DNA of 64,000 nt from a virus (Duplodnaviria; Heunggongvirae; Uroviricota; Caudoviricetes). Made by a program: the position numbers and the translations under genes. Positions within the stretch are counted from its first letter, which is position 1; each line of letters opens with the position of its first letter. The stretch covers positions 62,195 through 126,194 of IMG/VR virus record IMGVR_UViG_3300036829_000172; one strand, written 5' to 3'. A model generated the notes under the pieces. That model had not been told where the DNA came from. It searched no databases and saw only the letters and a program-made list of their open reading frames with translations. This document shows, piece after piece, positions 28,047-36,824 of this stretch.

Positions 28047-28397
28047 TCACTTTTTGCGGCCGCTCTTCTTCTCGGCGCGTAATTCGCGGCGGTAGGAGGC
28101 GAAAGCGGCGCGGCATCGGTCGCATTTGCAGCACCAGCTGGTGTATCCGGTCAATGTGCCGTGCTGTTCAGCAGGCATGAGACCGGCCTCGCGGCGCCTG
28201 ATCTTCTTCTGCTTCGCGGTGTGCTGATAGCGCCGCCTGGCCTCGAGGGTGGGCGCATTGCGTGGCCGGCATTCGGCGCTGCAGTATAGGCGGTTGCGTC
28301 CGCGCAGGGACCGAATGTTGAAATCGCCGCCGCAGGTGACGCAGGTCTTCCATACCCCAGGGGCATCGGAGCGGTACTCCATAGGCGCCGTTCTCAT
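28047..28397 (-). CDS. basic Zn-finger protein
   Basis: CVTCG...YCSAEC and HGTLTGY..CKCDRCR motifs typical of actinophage small proteins. Confidence 0.7.
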   Translation of the reverse strand: MRTAPMEYRSDAPGVWKTCVTCGGDFNIRSLRGRNRLYCSAECRPRNAPTLEARRRYQHTAKQKKIRRREAGLMPAEQHGTLTGYTSWCCKCDRCRAAFASYRRELRAEKKSGRKK

Positions 28398-28398
28398 G

Positions 28399-28851
28399 TC
28401 AGCCCGATCCTAGTTCCTCGGCCACGACCTCTGGCGGTGCGAGCGCCAGCAGCCGGTCGGGCAGGACGGAGGCGCGGCGGACAGCTTCAGGGGTGCGTCG
28501 GATGTCGAGCACCGGGCCGACCCGGGACTGTTCAGCGGGACTGAGCCGGCGGCGCAGATGAAACGCCCGCCCGGTCCATTCCGCCCACTCGCCCAGCTCG
28601 GGCGCGCCGAGACCGTCGAGCTCTTTACGTGCGCGTCGTCCGCACAGCGTTGGCCCGTGGAAGGCCCGGGCCGGGGCGACCGAGACGTGCCAGACCGGCC
28701 CGCCGAGATCCATCTCGAGTCATTCGTAGCCGCTGTTGACGGTCAGGACGATGGTGAAGCCGGGTTCGGCGCGGGCGAAGCGGGGGTTCATCGTTTCGAT
28801 CGCGAGGCGGCAGTGGTGGCGCAGCGCTATCTCGGCGGCACGAGCGGTCAT
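28399..28851 (-). pseudogene. hypothetical gene with one in-frame TGA (28720-28722): pseudogene, read-through, or two short ORFs
   Basis: ATG 28851 is ATGA-coupled to the upstream ORF; ...TVNSGYE*LEMDLGGPVWHVSV... continues in frame to 28399. Confidence 0.5.
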
Positions 28852-28985
28852 CTCTCGACCTTATCGCTCTCATGCTGACGCGCTCCCTGGCAGCAGATGT
28901 CCCCAAGCCGCAGTGGGCATGTGATGATCGCGAACTCATCCCCACGTCTGAGTGGGCAGAGCCCAGAGTGGATATCGCCGTTCAT
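28848..28985 (-). CDS. small Cys-containing ORF (45 aa)
   Basis: ATGA overlaps at both ends. Confidence 0.4.
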   Translation of the reverse strand: MNGDIHSGLCPLRRGDEFAIITCPLRLGDICCQGARQHESDKVER

Positions 28986-29320
28986 GGCTCGGGGGGTGGG
29001 AAGTTAAGGCCAGGCATGGTATTTTCCGGTCTCAATTTCATTCCGGTCCATGTGCCGTCTTGGTGGTCATCAAATTCGGCTGTGTACCCGTAGCGCATCG
29101 CGATCAGGTCGGCCTGCGCACGGTTGGCTGTGTAGATGGTTCGGCTCAAGGCGAACGATCCGCGGCTGCGCTGGGTTTGCATCGCGGCGAGGGTCGTGTC
29201 GAGTTGTCCCATCTGCCAGCCGGCGACGTAGGCGTCGTCGTCGTAGGGTCCGTCGTTTGAGGTGACGGGCAGGAACGGCATTTCCAGGCTGTAGCCTTCG
29301 TCTTCAATGTCGGGCATCAA
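28982..29320 (-). CDS. hypothetical protein
   Basis: 112-aa ORF in the coupled chain. Confidence 0.65.
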   Translation of the reverse strand: MMPDIEDEGYSLEMPFLPVTSNDGPYDDDAYVAGWQMGQLDTTLAAMQTQRSRGSFALSRTIYTANRAQADLIAMRYGYTAEFDDHQDGTWTGMKLRPENTMPGLNFPPPEP

Positions 29321-29541
29321 CGTCCTTGACTCGAGCGCACGTCACTTCCCACGCATCGGGCAGGGCAGCGCTGGGTGACGGGGTGAGCATAGAACCGTGC
29401 GCCGGAGGGCGCGTCGTCACACGTCATCAGGGATTGGTGGGGGCCAGTGAGGTGGACCCATTCACGGTCGGGATCATGGCGGATACGCCAGCCGCAGTGT
29501 GCACAGTCATCCTCGGTGTCGGCACGTCCGCAACAGGCCAT
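29317..29541 (-). CDS. small Cys/His-rich protein
   Basis: CAHCG...WVH...C; starts immediately after tRNA-Glu. Confidence 0.55.
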   Translation of the reverse strand: MACCGRADTEDDCAHCGWRIRHDPDREWVHLTGPHQSLMTCDDAPSGARFYAHPVTQRCPARCVGSDVRSSQGR

Positions 29542-29542
29542 G

Positions 29543-29613
29543 CGCTCGGTACGAGAATCGAACTCGTGTTTTCGGTCTGAGAAACCGGTGGGCTACCACT
29601 ACCCCAATCGAGC
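29543..29613 (-). tRNA. tRNA-Glu(CTC)
   Basis: Cloverleaf with mismatches; loop TT CTC AG. Confidence 0.82.
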
Positions 29614-29709
29614 AGGGTGGGCGGCTTTCGCGGGTGTCTAATCCGCCAGCCTGTCGGTGCCGCCCTACTGGGTCGCGTCATGATGAGGGTGTTGCGACCA
29701 AAAGCCCCG

Positions 29710-29781
29710 CAGTTGTGCCGGGGCTCGAACCCGAACGACCGGGGTGAAAACCCGGCAGGCTGACCGTTACCTCACACAACC
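29710..29781 (-). tRNA. tRNA-Glu(TTC)
   Basis: Cloverleaf; CCGGG TT TTC AC CCCGG. Confidence 0.9.
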
Positions 29782-29792
29782 CTTGCATCCGG

Positions 29793-29866
29793 TTCCTGCT
29801 CCTGGAGTCGAACCAGGGTCCTTCGCATTATCAGTGCGCTGCGCCAACCAACTGCGCCAAGCAGGA
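29793..29866 (-). tRNA. tRNA-Ile(GAT)
   Basis: Cloverleaf; loop CT GAT AA. Confidence 0.9.
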
Positions 29867-29870
29867 CTAG

Positions 29871-29942
29871 CGACCCAGACGGGAATCGAACCCGTGACGG
29901 ACGCCGCGACAAGGCGTTGCCTAACCATTCGGCTTCTGAGCC
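29871..29942 (-). tRNA. tRNA-Asp(GTC)
   Basis: Cloverleaf; ACGCC TT GTC GC GGCGT. Confidence 0.9.
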
Positions 29943-30010
29943 AGGTGGACCCTGCCCGAGAGGGGTAGATGTTCAAGAAATCAAGAAATGAACACCCCGG
30001 GCGGGGGCCG

Positions 30011-30084
30011 AGCGGCTAACGGGCTTCGAACCCGTGACCTCCACCTTGGCAAGGTGGCGCTCTACCATCCTGAGCTACAACCGC
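30011..30084 (-). tRNA. tRNA-Gly(GCC)
   Basis: Cloverleaf; CCACC TT GCC AA GGTGG. Confidence 0.93.
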
Positions 30085-30122
30085 AGCGCTTCGCTGATAA
30101 CGGTAATGCTATCAACAACTCG

Positions 30123-30197
30123 AGCCGGTGACAGGAATCGGACCCGCGTTTTCCTGTTTACAAGACAGGCGCTCTAACCAACGTGAGCTACACCGGC
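30123..30197 (-). tRNA. tRNA-Thr(TGT)
   Basis: Cloverleaf; CCTGT CT TGT AA ACAGG; T-loop TCCGATT. Confidence 0.88.
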
Positions 30198-30201
30198 GGT
30201 G

Positions 30202-30274
30202 TGCGCCCGGCAGGATTTGAACCTGCGGCCCTCCGCTTAAGAGGCGGTGGCTCTACCAGCTGAGCTACGGACGC
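30202..30274 (-). tRNA. tRNA-Lys(CTT)
   Basis: Cloverleaf; loop CT CTT AA. Confidence 0.92.
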
Positions 30275-30370
30275 GTGGGATCGGGGCGGCATGCTGGCTT
30301 TCGCCGCCCCGTCTCGGTTCGCGTTCGTAGCATCATGGTGATCACCATAACGTGCGGGCCGGTTCGTCGG

Positions 30371-30739
30371 CTACTGTTTTCCGCCGACCGCCAGCGAACG
30401 GGTAAGCAGCGTGTGGGCGCCGGCGTCCATCAGCAGGCCGGGCGTCACCTCGCAGCCGTGCTCGCAGGGCATCGATTCGACCGCGCCCCACAAGCGGCAG
30501 ATCAGTGGCCTGTCTTCATAGACGCTGCAGCGGCCGTCGACGAGCGCCGGGCAGGGGTTGGGTGTGCCGTCGATGATGGCTTGGAATGCGTGCTCGACGG
30601 GTGGGATGGTGACGCCGCGGGCGGCGATGCGTTGGCGTTCCTCATCGGACATGTCGATCGGGCCGCAGTATTCGGCGCACAGCCCGCGGCAGGCGACGGT
30701 TGGGACGGCCCGGTAGATCCGTTCGAGACTGTCTGTCAC
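30371..30739 (-). CDS. YkgJ-family cysteine cluster (putative Fe-S/Zn) protein
   Basis: CRGLC..YCG and CPALVDGRCSVYEDRPLICRLW. Confidence 0.8.
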   Translation of the reverse strand: MTDSLERIYRAVPTVACRGLCAEYCGPIDMSDEERQRIAARGVTIPPVEHAFQAIIDGTPNPCPALVDGRCSVYEDRPLICRLWGAVESMPCEHGCEVTPGLLMDAGAHTLLTRSLAVGGKQ

Positions 30740-30740
30740 G

Positions 30741-30812
30741 TGCCCCGTCGTGGTTTCGAACCACGGGCCTCCAGCATGTCGGGCTGGCGCTCTACCCCTG
30801 AGCTAACAGGAC
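30741..30812 (-). tRNA. tRNA-Val(GAC)
   Basis: Cloverleaf; CCAGC CC GAC AT GCTGG (C33). Confidence 0.88.
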
Positions 30813-30901
30813 GTTTCTTGAGTTGTGCCCAATGATCCCACAGGGCGCAGCCCCAGACGCATTTCTCGCCGGGTTGGCACTGCCCCGTGTAGCAGTTCAC
30901 G

Positions 30902-30973
30902 TAGTCGGTGAGGGACTCGAACCCCCGCGACCTTGGATGTGACCCAAGCGCTCTGCCGCTGAGCTAACCGACC
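30902..30973 (-). tRNA. tRNA-Val(CAC)
   Basis: Cloverleaf; CTTGG GT CAC AT CCAAG. Confidence 0.9.
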
Positions 30974-31096
30974 TGGCGTCCGGGCCGATGCCCCGACCCG
31001 GACGGTTCCGCTTGTGGCTTCCTGGGTGCGGGACAACCCTCGTGGTCACAGCGCGTCGACCCGAGCGCGGTGTTACGAGCCGAGCGCTTCTGGCCG

Positions 31097-31168
31097 TGCC
31101 ATCGGCTGGAGTCGAACCAGCTCCCGCCGGGCTTCAACCGGCTGCTCATCCTCATGAGCTACGAGGGC
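31097..31168 (-). tRNA. tRNA-Phe(GAA)
   Basis: Cloverleaf; GCCGG TT GAA GC CCGGC. Confidence 0.88.
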
Positions 31169-31169
31169 G

Positions 31170-31243
31170 TGGACCAGGTCCGGTTCGAACGGACATCCTC
31201 CTGTTTGCAAGACAGGCGCTCTACCAGTTGGAGCTACAAGCCC
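31170..31243 (-). tRNA. tRNA-Ala(TGC)
   Basis: Cloverleaf; loop CT TGC AA; G3:U70 present. Confidence 0.92.
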
Positions 31244-31335
31244 ATGTTCAAGTTTTAGGTTGCACCTTCGCGTCTTTCGGTGCATCCGCCCCCACGGAGG
31301 TCTTACCTCACGCTGATAGACGAGGGGCGCTAGCG

Positions 31336-31408
31336 AGCGGATGGCCGGATTCGAACCGGCGTTGCCAGCTTGGAAGGCTGGTGCGCGGCCAGACTACGCC
31401 ACACCCGC
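31336..31408 (-). tRNA. tRNA-Gly(TCC)
   Basis: Cloverleaf; CCAGC CT TCC AA GCTGG. Confidence 0.93.
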
Positions 31409-31411
31409 TGG

Positions 31412-31484
31412 GGTGACCTGACGGTACCGATCCGTCGGCCTTCAGGATCACAACCTGACGCTCCGCCATTGAGCTAAGGCCACC
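31412..31484 (-). tRNA. tRNA-His(GTG)
   Basis: G-1:C73; TCAGG TT GTG AT CCTGA; atypical T-loop ATCGGTA. Confidence 0.82.
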
Positions 31485-31485
31485 G

Positions 31486-31556
31486 AACGACTGACAGGAG
31501 TCGAACCTGTGTTTACGGGGTTGCAGCCCGTCACCTGGCCGTTCGGTCACAGTCGC
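31486..31556 (-). tRNA. tRNA-Cys(GCA)
   Basis: Cloverleaf; loop CT GCA AC; U73. Confidence 0.92.
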
Positions 31557-31631
31557 ATTTGCCGATCTAGCTTACCGCCCGCACGGCGCGTTGACGAACG
31601 ATATTTTCCGTGGCGAACCTACGGTGCGCGC

Positions 31632-31949
31632 ATGGCTGTCGACGTGGCGATTTGGGCGAAAGACCCAGACGACCTCGTCGACTTCGTCCTTCACTGGGCG
31701 GACTGGGTGCGCCCCGGCGACGCGATCGACACCCACACCATAGACCCGGACGTGTTTGAGGTCGGCGGACAGACGCCGCTGCTGGTCACCTCGACGCTGC
31801 ATGACGACGTCGACGTCACGCTGTGGCTCGACGGCGGCGACGAAGGCTCCACCTATCTGCTGGCGTGTGAAGTCGTCACCACCACCGGGCGGCGGGCCCG
31901 CCGCTACGTGTATGTGAAGGTCGCCCGGCAGTTCGCCGTCGCATCATAG
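31632..31949 (+). CDS. phage fibre-adaptor-like protein
   Basis: KDPDD..DF..HW.DW...GD.I...LWLDGG.EG.TY...C.V.TT.GR pattern seen next to glycine-rich phage fibres. Confidence 0.7.
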   Translation: MAVDVAIWAKDPDDLVDFVLHWADWVRPGDAIDTHTIDPDVFEVGGQTPLLVTSTLHDDVDVTLWLDGGDEGSTYLLACEVVTTTGRRARRYVYVKVARQFAVAS

Positions 31950-31961
31950 GAGGAAACGAAG

Positions 31962-32318
31962 ATGGCGCTTAACAATGCCGCGATGGTGGTCGCAGCGAAC
32001 GCGCTGCAGGGCGTGCTGGTGGCGATGCAGCTCCACTCGGGCGATCCTGGCGCGGCGGGCACCGCGAACACGACGTCGGCGGCCCGGCAGGCGATCGCGT
32101 GGGGTGCGCCGACAGGGCCCGGCAGTTTCGGGTTGTCGGCGTCGGTGAACTTCACCGGTGTCGCGGCGAACGGCGCTACCACCTACATTTCGTTGTGGAG
32201 CCAGGTCGCTGCCGGCGGCACGTGGTACGGCAACTTCCAGCTGTCCGGCGATCAGACCGCCAACGCTGCCGGCCAGTACACCGTCACCGCCCTCAACCTC
32301 ACGGGTTCCGCGACGTAA
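31962..32318 (+). CDS. small phage fibre-associated structural protein
   Basis: LHSGDPGAAGTAN...RQAIAW motif of actinophage minor structural proteins; AGGAGG RBS. Confidence 0.7.
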   Translation: MALNNAAMVVAANALQGVLVAMQLHSGDPGAAGTANTTSAARQAIAWGAPTGPGSFGLSASVNFTGVAANGATTYISLWSQVAAGGTWYGNFQLSGDQTANAAGQYTVTALNLTGSAT

Positions 32319-32392
32319 GCCAAGGCATTGGTATGGCAGCGGCTCACTTAGCGGGTGCCGCTTCCTGACGCGGGCCGGTTGAGGAGGCAGCC

Positions 32393-35300
32393 ATGGCCAT
32401 CACGTTCGTAGGCGTCGGCGCCACCGCTGCCCAGGCTGCGGGCACAACTAACACCGCGAGCACCGTCTCGGTGACGCCGACGCGGCCTGTCGGCACCGCG
32501 GCCGGCGACCGGGTTTTCATTCTCATATCGGCGAACAACACTAACGGCGCCACCCCCGCCAACTGGACAGCGCTTTACAAGGATGTCCAGTGCGGGCCGA
32601 CAGGAACCGCTCCTGGAGCCGGTACGGGCCGACGTTATCTGACGTGCTACTACCGGGATTACGACGGCGTCTGGACGATGCCAGCGGTCACGTTGACGTC
32701 GGCTAGCCAAAACACGCAAGCGGTTGGCTCGCTCACGTTGCGTAAGGACGCGACCGACACGTGGGATACGCCAACAGCGTCCGGTGCGGGGAACACGTCT
32801 GCGGCCAGTACCGCATACTCGATCACCAGCCCGACGTTCACCACGACGCTCAACGGTCTGTTAATACTGCACACCGGTCACAACGACAACGTTTCCGGAT
32901 CTGGACCGAATCTGACTGGCACCAACGGCTTCAACGATTCGAATCTGACGGAGCGTGTCGACGGCGGTTCCCAGTCGGGTAATGACGCGCGTATCAGGGT
33001 TGCCACCGCCGATGTCACGACAGCGGCCAGCCCCGCCGGAACCCTGACGTACACAGCGACGCTGAGCGCGGCGTCTGAAGGCGGCACGGTCTTCATTCAA
33101 CAGACCGTTGTCCCGCCCGGCCAGGGCACCGGCTCGGGGACCTACACGTACGCGTCAGCCAGTTCCGGGCAGAGGAACCCGGTCGGCACAGTAGCGGGCG
33201 GTTACGGCTGGCTCTCGAGTGCGCCACCGATCTCGGAAGTCAACACGGCCCGCACCAACCAGGCGGTCCCGGCTGGCTACAGTCAGTGGCGGTTCATCGG
33301 TATCGGCGGTGGTGCCGGCGGCGGCGCCGCCAACGGCAACGTCTTCCAGGGGGTCGGCGGCGGCGGTGGTGGCGGCGGCGCCGCCAAGATCGACACCGGC
33401 TGGCAGGACATCAGCACCCTGGGAGCCACCTATTCCACGGCTGTCGGCGCGGGCGGCGGCAGCGCAGCGAACGGCACGGCCAGCACATTCACATCCGGGT
33501 CAGTGTCGGTGTCCGCGGGCGGCGGCCTGACAGGCACCAACGGCGGCAACAACACCAACGGAACAGGAGGCGCTGGCGGCACCGGCACCGCCAGCGGCAT
33601 CACCGGCGCAACGATCAACAACGGCACGGCAGGCGGCCTTGGCGGTGCCGCGGGCGGTCTGAACGGCACGGCGGCAGCCGACAACACGACGGGTAGCGGC
33701 CCAGGCGGCGGCGGTGGTGGTGCCCGCAACAGTGGGGGTACCTCATTCCTCGGCGGTAAAGGCGGCAACTCCGCCACCGTCAGCGGCGGCGGCGGCGGCG
33801 GCGTCGGCGGTCTCGGAGGCACCGGAACCAGCGGTGCTGCCGGCAATGCGGGTGGTGGCGGTGGTGGTGGCGGCGGCGGCAACAACCAGGGCGGCACTGG
33901 AGGTGCAGCCGGAACCGCCGGTGCAGGCGGCGGCGGCGGAGCGGGCGACAACTACACCCTCAACGGCGGCGCGGGCGGCGGCGGCTACACCGAGCTAGAC
34001 CTTGTGGGCGCGTCGCAGGTCGTCGGTCACGCGCCGACAGTCCCGCTCGGTACCAGCAGCGGAACCTACAGCTTCTCCTCAGCCGCCACCGGCGCGAAAA
34101 CCCAGCAGGGCACCGCATCCGGCGGGTACGGCTGGTCGAGTTCGGCGACCGGTAAGAAAACCCAGCAGGGCACCATATCCGCTGGTTATGGCTGGTCGGG
34201 CGCCGCGACCGGTAAGAAAACCCAGACCGGCATCACGGCAGGGGGCTACGGGTGGTCGGCCGCTGCGACCGGCGCGAAGACCCAGCGGGGCACGGCTGCA
34301 GGCGGCTACGGGTGGGGCGGCACAGCCACCGGGCAGAAACACCAGCAAGGCAACGCCAGCGGCACCTACAGCTGGGCGGGCAGCGCCGCCGGCGCCAAAC
34401 AGCAACAAGGCACCACCTCGGGCAGCTACGGCTGGGCCGCCACCACACACGGGCAACAACCCCCCAACACCGGCTCAGCCTCAGGCAGCTACGGCTGGAC
34501 AGCCAGCACTACCGGACACGCCAGCAAAAACGGTGCCGCGACCGGCAGCTACGGCTGGGCCGCGACAGCGCAGGGCAGCTCGGCGCACGGCGGAACCGGC
34601 GCCGGAAACTACGGCTGGGCGGCCACGGCCGCCGGGATCGAACAGCCGCAGGGCCAGGTCGCAGCCAGCTACCAGTGGACGAGTTTCGCGGTCGGCGGCG
34701 TCCTCAACACCGGCGCCGCCGCGGGAGCCTACACCTTCGCAGGCCAGGCCGACGGCGAAATCGCAGCCCGTCAAGGCAGCGCAGCCAGCGGCTACAGCTG
34801 GGGCGGCGCAGCCGCCGGCCAGAAACAGCCGGTCGGTGACAGCGCAGGCAGCTACCGGTGGGCCAGCGCCGCGGCCGGCGCTACCGCGCACGACGGTATC
34901 GGCGCTGGGGTGTACGGCTGGACCGCGACCGCCGACGGGCAGAAAACGCAGCAAGGCACCGCGGCCGCCACCTACGGCTGGGCGGGCACTGCGGCCGGTG
35001 TCGAGCAACCGAACGGCCAAGTCAGCAGCAGCTACGGGTGGGCAGCGGCAGCAGCGGGCACTACCCCGGCTGTTGCCCCCCACAACGGGAACGCGACCGG
35101 CAGCTACGGGTGGGCCGGCACTGCGACCGGTGCCGAGCAGCCGCTGGGCCAAGCCGCCAGCAGCTACGGCTGGGCGGGCACCGCGTCGGGCAACGCGCCG
35201 GTCGTCGGCGCCCACAACGGCACCGTCAACAGCAGCTACACCTTCAGCTCACACGCGACCGGCGCCACCAACCGGACAGGCCAAGCCGCCAGCACCTACG

Positions 35301-36547
35301 GCTGGACCGCGACCGCCGACGGGCAGAAAAATCAGCAAGGCACCGCGGCACCCACCTACGGCTGGTCGGGGACTACGGCGGGCGTCGAGCATCCCCAAGG
35401 CGAGGGCGCCAGCAGCTACGGGTGGGCCGGGACCGCGGCCGGGGTCAGGGCGGCGCAAGGCCACAGCAGCGGCGGGTACAACGTAGCCGGTGCAGCCGTC
35501 GGCAGCGCATCCTCGGGCGGCAGCGCCGCGGGCGGGTACAGCTGGGCAGCTGCGGCTGCCGGTATCAGACACCCCGTCGGGACCAGCAGCGGCAGCTACG
35601 GGTGGGCTGCGGCCGCCGACGGTCAGGCACCGTTCCTGCCGCCCGGCCAAGGCAGCAGCACCGGCAGCTACAGCGTGGTGGGTGCGGCCGCCGGCATCAA
35701 ACAGCCGCAAGGCGCCGCGGCCGGTGGTTACGGCTGGACGGCGGCAGCTTCTGGTTTCACCCCGGTCGTCGGCGCGCACAACGGCGCCGCGGCCGGCGTG
35801 TACGGCTGGAGCGGCGCCGCGACCGGCAGCGCCGCCTACCAAGGCAGCAGCAGCAGCACCTACCGCTGGTCAAGCACCGCGGCGGGCTCCGAACACCCGC
35901 AGGGCACAACGTCTGGCAGCTACCGGTTCACCAGCAGCGCCGCAGGCGCCAAACAACAGCAGGCCACCACCTCCGGCAGCTACGGCTGGTCGAGCACGGC
36001 GACCGGGGTGTGGCATCCCGTCGGCACCGGCGCCGCAGGGTACGGTTTCCACGGCGCGCCCAACGGGTTCCGCGCCCCGGTCGGGCAGGTCAACCGCAGC
36101 TACGGCTGGCAGGCCACCAACCTCGGCGCGCACCCAGTATCCGGGCACGTCGACAGCGACTACGCGTTCACCGGTGAGGCGGTCGGCGAAACCACCTTCC
36201 TGCCTGACCTCGAGGGACAGGCATCCGGTACCTACCGGTGGAGCTCGCAAGCTGCCGGCCAATCGCTGCCGCACGGGCAAGCCGGCGGCGGTTTCATGCT
36301 GCTGATGCGGCTGCCGGTCGGCGGCCCGCTGAACACCCCGCTCGAGCGCAGCGCCACCGTGCGGGGTTCGGCCCGCGCCGCGAGCATCCCCGGCGACTAC
36401 CGAGAAGCCACCGTGCTGGGCTCGGCCCGCGCCGGGCGGATCCCCGCCGATGACCGGGAAGCCACCGTGCTGGGCTCGGCGCGCAGCGGGCGGATCGACT
36501 CCGACGATCAGGAAACCCGGGTGCTGGTCGACAGTTATTCAGGCTGA
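32393..36547 (+). CDS. 1384-aa glycine-rich repetitive phage fibre/adhesin-like protein
   Basis: Thr-rich beta-sandwich-like N-terminus, GGGGAG glycine-rich domain, roughly 35-40 repeats of about 20 aa with (G/S)xY(G/S/R)W, C-terminal R-x-A-x-V/I repeats; GAGGAGG RBS. Confidence 0.8.
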   Translation: MAITFVGVGATAAQAAGTTNTASTVSVTPTRPVGTAAGDRVFILISANNTNGATPANWTALYKDVQCGPTGTAPGAGTGRRYLTCYYRDYDGVWTMPAVTLTSASQNTQAVGSLTLRKDATDTWDTPTASGAGNTSAASTAYSITSPTFTTTLNGLLILHTGHNDNVSGSGPNLTGTNGFNDSNLTERVDGGSQSGNDARIRVATADVTTAASPAGTLTYTATLSAASEGGTVFIQQTVVPPGQGTGSGTYTYASASSGQRNPVGTVAGGYGWLSSAPPISEVNTARTNQAVPAGYSQWRFIGIGGGAGGGAANGNVFQGVGGGGGGGGAAKIDTGWQDISTLGATYSTAVGAGGGSAANGTASTFTSGSVSVSAGGGLTGTNGGNNTNGTGGAGGTGTASGITGATINNGTAGGLGGAAGGLNGTAAADNTTGSGPGGGGGGARNSGGTSFLGGKGGNSATVSGGGGGGVGGLGGTGTSGAAGNAGGGGGGGGGGNNQGGTGGAAGTAGAGGGGGAGDNYTLNGGAGGGGYTELDLVGASQVVGHAPTVPLGTSSGTYSFSSAATGAKTQQGTASGGYGWSSSATGKKTQQGTISAGYGWSGAATGKKTQTGITAGGYGWSAAATGAKTQRGTAAGGYGWGGTATGQKHQQGNASGTYSWAGSAAGAKQQQGTTSGSYGWAATTHGQQPPNTGSASGSYGWTASTTGHASKNGAATGSYGWAATAQGSSAHGGTGAGNYGWAATAAGIEQPQGQVAASYQWTSFAVGGVLNTGAAAGAYTFAGQADGEIAARQGSAASGYSWGGAAAGQKQPVGDSAGSYRWASAAAGATAHDGIGAGVYGWTATADGQKTQQGTAAATYGWAGTAAGVEQPNGQVSSSYGWAAAAAGTTPAVAPHNGNATGSYGWAGTATGAEQPLGQAASSYGWAGTASGNAPVVGAHNGTVNSSYTFSSHATGATNRTGQAASTYGWTATADGQKNQQGTAAPTYGWSGTTAGVEHPQGEGASSYGWAGTAAGVRAAQGHSSGGYNVAGAAVGSASSGGSAAGGYSWAAAAAGIRHPVGTSSGSYGWAAAADGQAPFLPPGQGSSTGSYSVVGAAAGIKQPQGAAAGGYGWTAAASGFTPVVGAHNGAAAGVYGWSGAATGSAAYQGSSSSTYRWSSTAAGSEHPQGTTSGSYRFTSSAAGAKQQQATTSGSYGWSSTATGVWHPVGTGAAGYGFHGAPNGFRAPVGQVNRSYGWQATNLGAHPVSGHVDSDYAFTGEAVGETTFLPDLEGQASGTYRWSSQAAGQSLPHGQAGGGFMLLMRLPVGGPLNTPLERSATVRGSARAASIPGDYREATVLGSARAGRIPADDREATVLGSARSGRIDSDDQETRVLVDSYSG

Positions 36548-36640
36548 TTTTTGTCGGGTTCTGCGGGCCACGGTAATCCGTCGGGCTAGTAAACTTTTCC
36601 ATTACCGGTGACAGGTCGCCCCTACGCCGGTCGAAAGAAG

Positions 36641-36676
36641 ACAGCGGCACCTCGATGCACAGCGGGGTGCCGCTGT
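36641..36676. terminator. hairpin between fibre gene and tRNA-Tyr (probable bidirectional terminator)
   Basis: ACAGCGGCACC ... GGTGCCGCTGT inverted repeat. Confidence 0.6.
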
Positions 36677-36744
36677 TCTCGTCGAAAAATACTTTCAGGG
36701 GTACGCGGGGCCCGCGGACTTATACAACCCATATAACCCCCCAG

Positions 36745-36823
36745 TACGGGCCGAGTGAATCGAACACTCCATGCCGACGGCGGCGGCTTTACAGGCCGCC
36801 TGGTACACCAGTACCTGACCCGC
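36745..36823 (-). tRNA. tRNA-Tyr(GTA) with miniature D-arm
   Basis: GGCGGC CT GTA AA GCCGCC; D-arm GTAC-TGGT-GTAC; T-arm GAGTG TTCGATT CACTC. Confidence 0.82.
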
Positions 36824-36824
36824 T

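Noticed and set aside
27012-28180. ORF-track entries overlapping tRNA genes (also 29447-31949 and 39559-40491)
   Set aside because: They run through well-folded tRNAs and are chance frames
28720-28722. Selenocysteine recoding of the in-frame TGA
   Set aside because: No tRNA-Sec or selA/selB genes seen, no recognisable SECIS, and no redox motif around the codon
27000-31600. GOLLD-type long ncRNA, which is reported in some mycobacterial tRNA arrays
   Set aside because: No ORF-free, tRNA-free gap longer than about 150 nt and no motif I can recognise; a cmsearch with the GOLLD model would settle it
34002-36305. Long alternative-frame ORFs (34002..35486, 34858..36177, 35490..36305)
   Set aside because: Arg/Pro/Ala-rich shadows of the repetitive high-GC fibre gene
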